DNA from: Histomonas meleagridis 2922-C6/04-290x
Taxonomy: Eukaryota > Protista > Parabasalia
Direction of reading: 5' to 3'
Length of the DNA: 64,000 nt
NCBI GenBank assembly: GCA_020184695.1
Contig: JAANOX010000042.1
Location: 124,001 to 188,000, forward strand
Below, piece after piece: positions 54,249 through 64,000 of this stretch (position 1 is its first letter; the number at the start of each line of letters is the position of its first letter). Under the pieces are notes generated by a model. That model was not told where the DNA came from. It made no database searches and was given only the letters and a program-made list of their open reading frames with translations. The position numbers and the translations under genes were made by a program.

Positions 54249-56141
54249 ATGTCAGCGCCAAACAGCAGCGGCTCCACAATACCAAAGATAGAAACTTCTG
54301 CATCCCTTCCTAACAACAGCGAACCATTAATAGGCTCTCTTGATTCCAGAGGCAATTCCTTAAAATCACAATCAATTTTAATCGGTACTTCTCAAGGTTC
54401 TGACGATTCAAGAAAAAGCGATATAAAAGATCCAGAACAACTCTCAGAAGAACAAAGTAAATGGCTTAACGAGATACTATCTGAGAATCCACAATATCTT
54501 TCATTACGTGAAAGAGCCTTAGGGTATTTTGGTGGCTATTCCTTTGCCAATGTTACACATGCGCAAACAGTAACTGCACTTTCAACTGTTAATCGCCATG
54601 TCATTCTTGAACTTATATATCAACATCTTCAAGCCATTGGTATGTATCGCACAGCAGAAATTCTTGCCAGTGAATCAGGTCATGTCTTTCAAACCTCCAA
54701 ACAACCATGGAATCGTACAGATCTTCATTTGTTAGCGTCGTTAGCAGTTGGACATCGTGATGATCCATGGAATGTTCCAGCCGAGATGTTCCACAGTGTT
54801 GTTAATGAGTATCGAGAAGAAGATTTCTTTTCATCTTCATATCGTGAAGATCCAAATACTATATGGGATGAATTTAATGACAAAGATCTTAATGCAGTCT
54901 ATGACAATCCTGATGTCCATTCATATCGCCATTTAATCCAAGCCTCTCTTAAACGGCTTGTTGTTTATCTTTGTACGTCAGATTTACAAAGCATTAATGA
55001 TGAAGAACAACAACTTTTCTTCCTAACAATCCATTCCATTACCTCTGCCAATCATTTTCTCCAACATCTTGTAACCTTATTTGATTGTGATTTAGATGGC
55101 ACTCCATATAAACCAGTTCCAGAGAAGATCATGACCGAGATCCGCCGAAACATCATCAACTTAATCAGGAAATGGGTTAATTATCATGGGCTATTTATTG
55201 GCCAGCGAACGTTAAAGTCGGTTGCACAATTTATCAATCGAATTTTAGCAGATTCCAAATATGACAAACTTAAACCATATGCCGAGACCATTCTTAAATC
55301 GATGAAAGGTATTACATATGGTACAAAGAAAGGTTCACTTGAAAAGATTGACAAGCCGATAATACCCGAACCACAAAAATTATTTATGTCATCGTTAACT
55401 ATTTTAGATCCATCGCCTATTGAAGTTGCACGACAAATCACTTTAATATATCATAAGAAATATTCATCGATTCATTCATTAGAATTTATTATTGCATTAA
55501 AATCACGTCGAGCTACAATCCAAACACCAACGTTTAAAGACTTCTTCTTATTTGATGAACAATTAACACAACTTGTAGCATCCACATTTTTAGAGAGTGA
55601 AGAAAACAATCGATTTGATGCATATCAAAAGATCTTTGAGATCATTCAAGCATTAAATCAATTATATAACTTTGAAGCTGTTTCATGTTTATCGCAATTA
55701 ATGCTTCGCCCTGATATTATCTCCAAAGTTTTCATCAAGAATAATGACCCAACATTAGAACAAAAGATAGAACAAATCAAATCAGATTTGTTGGATATAT
55801 GGAAGAAGGCAGGAAACAATGATAAAAATGAAACAGTGAAACCTACAGACTATGAAAATAGTATCAACACACGGTTCGGTAAGTGGGAGGCATGCATACC
55901 GAATATGCACGTCGAAATAAAGAGAATCGATAAGAAGATACTGGAAATGGACGACTACGTGAACGGGCTGATCAACTGGGAAAAGATTTGCGCAATAGCT
56001 AAAAGATGCACAACGCTGTACAGATTCCAAAATACAACATACACATTTTGGACTGTGCCCCAAATTAAAAACGTAATCCTAAAAGGAGCAAATTTGACAT
56101 TACAGCAGATAGAAGAGAAACTGTCTGGAATGCAGGAGTGA
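54249..56141 (+). CDS. RasGEF (LisH-like segment, REM and CDC25 domains)
   Basis: LELIYQHLQAIGMYRTAEILASE, LKRLVVYL, INLIRKWV, SPIEVARQITLI, LYNFEAVSCL, ACIP and LINWEK. ATG at 54249. Confidence 0.88.
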   Translation: MSAPNSSGSTIPKIETSASLPNNSEPLIGSLDSRGNSLKSQSILIGTSQGSDDSRKSDIKDPEQLSEEQSKWLNEILSENPQYLSLRERALGYFGGYSFANVTHAQTVTALSTVNRHVILELIYQHLQAIGMYRTAEILASESGHVFQTSKQPWNRTDLHLLASLAVGHRDDPWNVPAEMFHSVVNEYREEDFFSSSYREDPNTIWDEFNDKDLNAVYDNPDVHSYRHLIQASLKRLVVYLCTSDLQSINDEEQQLFFLTIHSITSANHFLQHLVTLFDCDLDGTPYKPVPEKIMTEIRRNIINLIRKWVNYHGLFIGQRTLKSVAQFINRILADSKYDKLKPYAETILKSMKGITYGTKKGSLEKIDKPIIPEPQKLFMSSLTILDPSPIEVARQITLIYHKKYSSIHSLEFIIALKSRRATIQTPTFKDFFLFDEQLTQLVASTFLESEENNRFDAYQKIFEIIQALNQLYNFEAVSCLSQLMLRPDIISKVFIKNNDPTLEQKIEQIKSDLLDIWKKAGNNDKNETVKPTDYENSINTRFGKWEACIPNMHVEIKRIDKKILEMDDYVNGLINWEKICAIAKRCTTLYRFQNTTYTFWTVPQIKNVILKGANLTLQQIEEKLSGMQE

Positions 56142-56196
56142 TGAGTAAAATATCGATCGAAATCCGTTTTACGTATGAAATGTGTGCGAAAAATAT

Positions 56197-56949
56197 AATT
56201 GAAGTGATCAATATGAGGAAACTTAATGCATATGATAGTGAATGTGTAATTGAAGTGATCAATATGAGGAAACTTAATGCGTATGATAGTGAATGTGTAA
56301 TTAAAGTGATCAATATGAGGAAACTTAATGCATATGATAGTGAATGTGTAATTAAAGTGATCAATATGAGGAAACTTAATGCATATGATAGTGAATGTGT
56401 AATTAAAGTGATCAATATGAGGAAACTTAATGCATATGATAGTGAATGTGTAATTAAAGTGATCAATATGAGGAAACTTAATGCATATGATAGTGAATGT
56501 GTAATTAAAGTGATCAATATGAGGAAACTTAATGCATATGATAGTGAATGTGTAATTAAAGTGATCAATATGAGGAAACTTAATGCATATGATAGTGAAT
56601 GTGTAATTAAAGTGATCAATATGAGGAAACTTAATGCATATGATAGTGAATGTGTAATTAAAGTGATCAATATGAGGAAACTTAATGCATATGATAGTGA
56701 ATGTGTAATTAAAGTGATCAATATGAGGAAACTTAATGCATATGATAGTGAATGTGTAATTAAAGTGATCAATATGAGGAAACTTAATGCATATGATAGT
56801 GAATGTGTAATTAAAGTGATCAATATGAGGAAACTTAATGCGTATGATAGTGAATGTGTAATTGAAGTGATCAATATGAGGAAACTTAATGCATATGATA
56901 GTGAATGTGTAATTGAAGTGATCAATATGAGGAAACTTAATACATATGA
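56197..56949. repeat. 51-bp minisatellite, 14 full copies plus 1 partial
   Basis: Unit aatt(a/g)aagtgatcaatatgaggaaacttaatgc(a/g)tatgatagtgaatgtgt. Near-identical copies with no spacers, open frames on both strands. Confidence 0.98.
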
Positions 56950-58374
56950 CTGTTAATATTTATATTAAAAGTATGTGTAATAATGACTCATGACATAATG
57001 AATTTTTGATTGATAAAAATGGAATGATCAGATTTTTTTCCCCTCCAATTTGATGATAACATAATATGTTTAAAAATATATATAAATGAATTTGTTTCAA
57101 ACAAACTTTCGTCGAGAAATTTTCATTTTTTAATTTTAAATGAAAGAATTATTCATTTTCTTGAGAAATATTTGACCGAAAATAAAAATTGGTCAATAGA
57201 TTTTTAATGTGACCAAGCAAAAATTAAAATATTATGAGTCTTCTATCGACATTTAGATTTTTATTTAAATTCAACTGATAGTTTTTTTTAAATTTGTGCT
57301 TCTTTTTGGAGTGTTTCTTGATGAAACGATGCATTTTGATCTTTTTGTATCGTATTTAAATTTTCTTGTAGATGTGATTGATAAAGTTATTAAAATAATT
57401 TGATATATATTAAAGATTTATTACATTAACTAAAATTTTTTATTTCGAGAAGAATATACAATTTTCATACATAAAATTGATATATATTTAATTTACTATT
57501 TTTCTGTTAATTTACATTATTAATTGGTCGCCAAACAAGAAGAAACAGGGGTGGGTTATATAACCGCTTATTGTTACAACAAAATTAAAAATGATAATAT
57601 CTTTGGATTATGCCAATATATTTAAATAAGATATGGAATTCAACATTACCTACTTGAATATATAAATATAATTAAATTTAAAATATATTTATCGAAGAAT
57701 TTATCTGAAATAATGCGAAATCGAAAAAGAGTTTGTTTTCATCTTCTCATGTAATTTCAAACAAAAATAACTCGGCATTTTAAAGTTACAGCAAAGTAGA
57801 TTATAGTCATGCAACGCAATTCATAATAATTTTAACATTGCATTAAAAAAAATCAAAATATTCGAAAAAAATCACCCCTTATTTTGTCACTTCACCTTAT
57901 TTTGAAACAAAAATTTCTCATTCTTTACAATTTAAATAATGCTTGTATATGTATTTATGAAAAAAAAATATCACTTATATTGATACATTAAAAATAAAAT
58001 CAAGTCGCCCCTCGATATATAAAGACTCATTTGAATTAACATTGAAATGTTTAATTTTTTCACATATTTTCACTTTTTCTCCAAATATTGAATAACAAAC
58101 AAGAAAAAATTTTTGATTTTTACATTTGGAGACCGTGAAGGGTTTTATTATTCAATGAATTTTTGAAAATTTCAGAAAAAAGATAAAATAAAATTGATCA
58201 GATCGAGATCTCAAAATTCAGCAGTTGAAATTGCCCAAAAATTTATATTTAAACTCAATGCCCATACATTTTGATTTTCAACGAAAAACTATTTAGGAAT
58301 TTAGAGTTGATGTACCTCTTGTTGATTTTCCTGTTTCTATTGTGTACAGGAGTCAACAAATATAAAAAATAAAT

Positions 58375-60570
58375 ATTTTTAGCATTAATATCAATTCCTT
58401 CTTGTTCAAGAAGTAATTTAACTATTTCTGTATGACCTTTATCAGATGCATACATAAGTGCTGTTTTAAATAATTTAAATAATTTCCAAATATTATTTTG
58501 AAATATAAAATTATTAAAATAAGTTTTAAATAAAACAAATAAATACTTACAGCATTGATATCAATTCCTTCTTGTTCAAGAAGTATTTTAACTATTTCTG
58601 TATGACCATATTCAGATGCATACATAAGTGCTGTTTTAAATATTTTTTGTAATTTCCAAATATTATTTTGAAATCCAAAATTATTTAAATAAATTCTAAA
58701 CAAAATAAATAAATATCTTTAGCATTAATATCAATTCCTTCTTGTTCAAGAAGTAATTTAACGATTTCTGTATTACCATTTGAAGATGCCCATAAAAGTG
58801 CTGTTTTAAATAATTTAAATAATTTCCAAATATTATTTTGAAATATTAAATTATTAAAATAAAAATTAAATAAAACAAATAAATATTTTTAGCATTAACA
58901 TCAATTCCTTTTTGTTCAAGAAGTAATTTAACTATTTCTGTATGACCATGTAAAGATGCAAAAACAAGTGCTGTCCAAAATATTTTAAATAATTTCCAAA
59001 TTTCATTTTGAAATATCAAATTCTTAAAATAAATTTTAAATAAAACAAATAAATACTTTTAGTATTAATTTCAATACCATTTTGTTCAAGAAGTATTTTA
59101 ACTATTTCTATATGACCACTTTCAGATGCTTTCATAAGTGCTGTCCAAAATATTTTAAATCTTTTCCAAATATTAAATTGAAATACAAAATTATTAAATT
59201 AAATTTCAAATAAAACAAATAAATATCTTTAGCATTAATATCAATTCCTTCTTGTTCAAGAAGTAATTTAACTATTTCTGTATGACCTTTATCAGATGCT
59301 AATATAAGTGCTGTATTAAATAATATAAATAATTTTCAAATATTATTTTGAAATATAAAATTATTAAAATAAGTTTTAAATAAAACAAATAAATATCTTT
59401 AGCATTAATATCAATTCCTTTTTGCTTTAAAATGTATGTAACAAGTTCAATATTTCCTGAAAATGAAGCAAAAACCAAAATATCTTCTGGAAGTTGATCA
59501 TTTTTATGGAAATATTTTACAAGAAAAATATTTCCGATTTTTGCTGCTTCATTAATGATATTTTCATTAATTTTCATTCCTTCTTTTTCTAAATATGTAA
59601 AAATTTCATAATTAAAATATGAAACACATTTTTCTCCTAATTCTTCTAATTTATTAATTTCTTCAATTTTATTTTCATAAAAATAATGAAAAATATCATT
59701 TTGTTGAAATTTAATTGCTGTTTCATATACATTTTGAAAAGATGAATGATTCTGTTCACATAAATGAATGATTTCTTCATTTCCACCTGCAATTGCATAT
59801 TTACCTGTGTTAATTACATTTGAACCATTCATAAGTAAATATTTAAAACATTTAACAGAAGAAAAAAATGCTGCATAATCAATTAATGTAACATCCCAAT
59901 TGTTAATAAATGAACATCTTTCATAAATTGATTTTGGAATTGTTTGATTAAAATTAAAATTTGGTTGTGATGAAATTTCTTGAAGTTTTTCTATTTCATC
60001 ATTTCGAATTATTTTAGCAATTTCTTTTGGATTAACTCCTTCTTTAATGAATTGTTTATGAAGTTCCCAATCATTCTTTGAAAGTTCTTCATAAGAAATA
60101 TTTTCTTGATTAAATAAATATTTATATTTGCCTGATTTATCTTGATTAATATGAACAAAAAATGGTTCACGTATATTTTGGATGATTTTTGATTCAAGTA
60201 AATTATAATCAATCATGTAATTAAGTAAATAAAATGATTCTTGTGTATTTTCTTTAAGTAGAAATTGAGAAAATAAATTTATTATTTTTGAGTTTATCTT
60301 ATTATTTTCTTCATATTTATCAATTTCTTGTAATAATCTCAAATATATATCAAAATTATTACTATTAATCAAAAGAGATGTATATATCATTCGGCTTATA
60401 ATGATGTCATAAGATATTGGATATTCTTTACAAAACTTGGTGATAATAAAATTTGATGTTTGCGCTAAATTATCGATATTCAAACCAAAGGTTATGATTT
60501 TGAGCGTTGTAAATGTTTCCCATTCATTTTGAGATTTCTGGTTTGTTGTTGCTGTTTGCTTTTGATTCAT
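58375..60570 (-). CDS. DUF3447-like ankyrin-repeat gene: intact 423-aa ORF followed by six ankyrin segments separated by frame-breaking spacers
   Basis: ORF 59299-60570 (LIDYAAFFSSVKCFKYL, AIAGGNEEIIHLCEQ) ends in the first spacer. Downstream segments NTALILASDKGHTEIVKLLLEQEGIDINAKD, WTALMKASESG.., WTALVFASLHG.., KTALLWASSNG.., KTALMYASEYG.. and KTALMYASDKG.. are stop-free. Confidence 0.85.
58381..59400 (-). repeat. Tandem array of 6 x 170-bp units (93-nt ankyrin segment plus 77-nt AT-rich spacer)
   Basis: The agcattaata-type anchor recurs at 58381, 58551, 58721, 58891, 59061, 59231 and 59401. Confidence 0.97.
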
Positions 60571-61472
60571 TTTAAAAGAACGATCAATATAACTTTTCCC
60601 GAACTTTTTGAATGATTTTGACCAACATGTATAACAATGAATTTACAAATCATTTAAATAAAATTCATATTTATATTCCCATACACATCGTCACTCTCAA
60701 GAGAGAAGAAAAGAAATTAAATTAATAAAAAATATTTTATATTTTATTTTCTAGATCTAGGAACACGTTCTGTTTGAATATCTCCGTCCATTGGAATCTT
60801 CTTGGTTGACTCATTATTAGATCAGTTTGATCAATCCTTATTTTATGTCCATTTACTATTTCTTTCTTCATATTTTTTATTGCACATTCCGAATTTTCTT
60901 TAATTTCATTAATAAACTTCTTTATTAATGAAATAATTTGATTATATTCAATAGATTTTAAATTTCCGGTAATTACATCAATTACTGACATTGCAATTAC
61001 ATTTTTAAGCGGTAATTTATATAAAGATTTTTTACACATCACACACACACATAACAATTCCATTTCATTGTGGTGGTGTGCCTTCACAAGTAAGCATGTA
61101 AGATAATTTTGCTAAAGCTAAAAATTTTAAATAAGCACTGTGCTTAGTAATTGATGATAATAAAAATGCGTGTGAGATCAATATGAGTTGTACAGAAAAT
61201 CTGCAGATGTTGTTGGAATTTTTATTGAAAATCGATTTTCAAGTGAAATTGTGTATGATATTAATATTAACACGAGTTATGTGATCAATATATTATACCA
61301 CTTTGGAATTGCCTCTGAAACCAAAATCAGAAATTTGTTGGGGATTATTCCGTTCGTTAGTTAATTTTGGATTTTTAAAAATATTTGACCAAATATTAAT
61401 TCAATACAAAGTTTTAAGTAGTTTACATTTAACAACAAAATCGTTAAATCTGTAAACTTTTCAATATATTGG

Positions 61473-62630
61473 ATGCAGTTCTCGGATCTAGTTCCCCAAT
61501 TTATTCAGATATTAGCAGATCCTCAAACAAAGAACATACTGTTTCTTGGGTGTGGTGGTGGATACGATTTTGTTCATTGCCTTTTACTTTTACCAGATCT
61601 GATAAATTCAAAGAAGAATTTAGTTATTGCAAGTAACTCTTTTTCCAACGTGAGTCAACTATATACAAACTTTGAAACAGTATATCAAAACCCAGATAAT
61701 CCTTCAATTGTAGCAAAGTTGATAATTCCTGGTCAGGATTCACCACATTATGGTTACATCCCCGAAAAACTTCTCTGCGATTTTGTTTCAAAGCAAGTTC
61801 CTAATGCAAACCTTACTATTTATGCTAATAATATTTGGAGTTTCAGTCATTCTGAAAACGTAGAATATCTCAAAGGCCTCATTACCAAACACAACATTGA
61901 TACTTTAATTGCTGTTGATGGTGGTAGTGATTCTTTAATGCGTGGTGATGAAGATTCTACCGGTACTATCTTTGAAGATACAGTTTCTCTTGCCGTTTGT
62001 GACACCCTCAAAAAGGAATGCAATTTAAGGAATTCATTTCTCCTTGCTTTTGGTCTTGGTGTTGATCGTTTTCACGGAGTAAGCGATGCATCAAGCCTTC
62101 GAGCGGTTGCTGAGCTCACCAGAATGGGCGGTTTTTTTGGGTGCTCCTCCATCAACCCAAATTCAAACGGTCTCGATTTATATGTCACTTTTCTAAAATA
62201 CGTTAATGAGCAGAAAAGTGGCATCATCCAGACAATTGTTGGATCTTGTATAGCAGCATCTGCAATTGGTCAATATGGTCCTTATAAATATGATGTGCAA
62301 CCACAATTAGTGCCACGTGATATGAAAAAAATACACAAAAGTGCGATTGAATTTTTTAATTTAAAGGAAGATGGATCCGATTATGATACAATTAATAACC
62401 CTAGAACAAGTAAGGAAACAATGTACATTTGGCCGCTGATGAGTCAGATATATGCATTTGATATTGAGACTTTAGCGAAAAGATCTTTTTTGGTGGACTG
62501 CGTTCGTGAAGCAAAGACTTATCAAATCGCATGCAATAAAATGGATGAAAAAATTCACGAATTGAATTTAAACCACTCACTTCCAATTGAAGAATTTCCA
62601 ACATCAAAACAAATGCGTTGTTCTAATTAA
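61473..62630 (+). CDS. DUF1152-family protein, prokaryote-like
   Basis: ILFLGCGGGYD, AVDGGSDSLMRGDE..GT..ED, FGLGVD..HG, GGFFG and IWPLMS motifs. Confidence 0.8.
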   Translation: MQFSDLVPQFIQILADPQTKNILFLGCGGGYDFVHCLLLLPDLINSKKNLVIASNSFSNVSQLYTNFETVYQNPDNPSIVAKLIIPGQDSPHYGYIPEKLLCDFVSKQVPNANLTIYANNIWSFSHSENVEYLKGLITKHNIDTLIAVDGGSDSLMRGDEDSTGTIFEDTVSLAVCDTLKKECNLRNSFLLAFGLGVDRFHGVSDASSLRAVAELTRMGGFFGCSSINPNSNGLDLYVTFLKYVNEQKSGIIQTIVGSCIAASAIGQYGPYKYDVQPQLVPRDMKKIHKSAIEFFNLKEDGSDYDTINNPRTSKETMYIWPLMSQIYAFDIETLAKRSFLVDCVREAKTYQIACNKMDEKIHELNLNHSLPIEEFPTSKQMRCSN

Positions 62631-63279
62631 ATTTATTGATATTTTTTATTCTTATATCATCTTTTTGTACTATATTTCAAGGAACTCGATTAATCATAAG
62701 AAATCTCCTTTATAAAGAAACATCTTTATTCAGAATGATCGATCAAAGTCAATTCAAATCATTCTGTGCACGATTGAAATCTGTCAATAGACTCAAACAT
62801 TTGATTCAAGCTAAAAACATATTTTTCTCAAAATTGAAGTTATTCGTTTTTACTTTAAATCTAGTTTTATAGATAATATCAGTAAAATTGTAAATAAAAT
62901 AAAAGGTATTAAATACAAAAAATTAAGAGATAAAATAATTTAATTTTTTTATTGTGAGGTTTTTCATGGTTTATTTGGTTGAAATATTGAATATTTATTG
63001 GTTAGATCACCAAAGAATGCATTCGTGCCATACAGGCACAAGACATTTGTATACGTATTTTTCTTTTTCAAGAGTTTTTATGGAATTCTTAAATGAGAAT
63101 TAGCATTAATGCTGAAATCATCATCTGATGTTTTCAATCAACAAAGATAATATACTTTAAATATGAGGCTATAAGCATTAGAAAGTTAATTTTTTTGTCT
63201 GGTAATGTTATTTTTAAATCTTTCACTATAATAACAAAAGGTTTGTGCAATTTATTCAATAAAGTCAAAGGAAACTAAA

Positions 63280-63287
63280 AACCGTTA
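63280..63287 (+). promoter_or_regulatory. AACCGTTA M3-like motif upstream of the DENN gene
   Basis: Ends 37 nt before ATG 63325. Confidence 0.35.
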
Positions 63288-63324
63288 ATTTTCCATTGCC
63301 ACATTTCGCATTCAATTAACTCCT

Positions 63325-64000
63325 ATGCACAGGTTTGTCAACCCAAACGAATCAGTTGCGCTTATAAACTCACTATTCAAGATTAGAATCAATAATGGCA
63401 ATGTAAATGCCGAGCAACTTTATCCTGTTGGAGCTCCAAATGAAGAATTAAAACATAAAGTCGAATTATTTGCCTTTCCCGATTCTGCTGCCCTTGAATC
63501 ACACAGTTTTTTTACCTTTATTGTTGGTGATATTGCTACTGGATTTCAACTTGGATTTGTATTATATTCTTCCATTATAGAAGGTTATTGTATTCTTTCT
63601 AACTACTACTATCCTCAGCTTTTCAAAACAATTTTACGTAACATCACAAAAGATGATGATATATCCATTTTGAAATCACTTGGAACTTCTCAACGTCGTA
63701 GTATTCTTTGTATAAAAACTCCTGATAACAAGACGCAAGAATTTCCACTTGATGGTTCACGAGAACGTCAAAAGCTTCTAGAGTTAATCTTCCATACATT
63801 TTCCCCTTATGATGTTAGTAAGATCATAATAGGGATGCTGCAAGCGCGCCATATTTTTGTTTCAGCCACCAACGTTTCAGTTTGTTCGCTTTTTTGTGCA
63901 GCATTACCACTTTTAATTGAACCGTTTAAATGGTCATTAAACATTATTCCTATTTTACCCGAGAAACTTCGCGACATGATTGAAGTACCCATTCCTATCC
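63325..64000 (+). CDS. DENN-domain (Rab GEF) protein, 3'-partial; absent from the ORF track
   Basis: Open frame MHRFVNPNES...FAFPDS...YCILSNYYYPQLF...LQARHIFVSATNVSVCSLFCAALPLLIEPFKWSLNIIPILPEKLRDMIEVPIP runs off the window end and matches the DENN core (LLERRIIF..LYPFxW..YIPVLP..APTP). Confidence 0.88.
   Translation, partial: MHRFVNPNESVALINSLFKIRINNGNVNAEQLYPVGAPNEELKHKVELFAFPDSAALESHSFFTFIVGDIATGFQLGFVLYSSIIEGYCILSNYYYPQLFKTILRNITKDDDISILKSLGTSQRRSILCIKTPDNKTQEFPLDGSRERQKLLELIFHTFSPYDVSKIIIGMLQARHIFVSATNVSVCSLFCAALPLLIEPFKWSLNIIPILPEKLRDMIEVPIPI

Noticed and set aside
56197-56949. CRISPR array
   Set aside because: Head-to-tail identical 51-bp units with no unique spacers, no cas genes, and a eukaryotic context.
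58461-58550. Canonical GT-AG intron using GTAAGT (unit 6) and ACAG
   Set aside because: GTAAGT occurs in one unit only and is out of phase with the CAG. Any splice to that CAG deletes the essential Thr and leaves repeats of about 28-31 aa. The AG is absent in several units of the 39-40 kb array.
58381-59400. CRISPR-like repeat-spacer array
   Set aside because: The variable parts are ankyrin codons within homologous units, not unrelated spacers.
58375-59400. Single-site programmed -1 frameshift through translated spacers
   Set aside because: Stop positions in the two frames differ between units in a mutually incompatible way, and the other locus has spacers of all three length classes.
60737-61087. 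116-aa minus-strand ORF
   Set aside because: GTG start, no recognisable motif, composition close to intergenic; not called as a gene.
1-64000. tRNA, rRNA, transposase or Maverick/Polinton genes
   Set aside because: No cloverleaf, rRNA-like sequence, DDE/integrase/polymerase motif or terminal inverted repeat recognised by eye. Small RNAs could have been missed.

Overview
AT-rich, gene-dense eukaryotic DNA with almost no recognisable introns. It most resembles a parabasalid (Trichomonas/Tritrichomonas-like) genome. This is inferred from DUF3447-like ankyrin genes, stop codons that often read TAAA, M3-like RCGGTTA promoter motifs, and an expanded trafficking and signalling gene set. Housekeeping and signalling genes: Hsp70 (5'-partial), strumpellin/WASHC5, APC5-like, degenerate M18 aminopeptidase, a T/E-rich surface protein, CEP44, Rab, TPR-ARM protein, TRRAP/Tra1, CAMK, PP1-like phosphatase, RapGAP-domain protein, DHHC palmitoyltransferase, FANCE-like, PMT/GT39-like, NEK kinase-small GTPase fusion, aldo-keto reductase, THADA/Trm732, AP-3 sigma, RasGEF, a bacterial-type DUF1152 protein and a 3'-partial DENN protein. 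Relics: an internally deleted UBR/N-recognin, histone H2B and cathepsin L. There is also a 51-bp minisatellite. The most unusual feature is two ankyrin genes (58375-60570 and 39205-41847) plus a solo remnant (about 15468-15670). In these, every ankyrin repeat is interrupted at the same beta-turn position by a conserved AT-rich spacer. The spacers break the reading frame or contain stops, have no conserved GT-AG ends, and carry an imperfect palindrome. The ankyrin segments between them stay intact and vary at binding-surface residues. This suggests an uncharacterised non-canonical intron, recoding or cassette system; transcript data are needed to decide.
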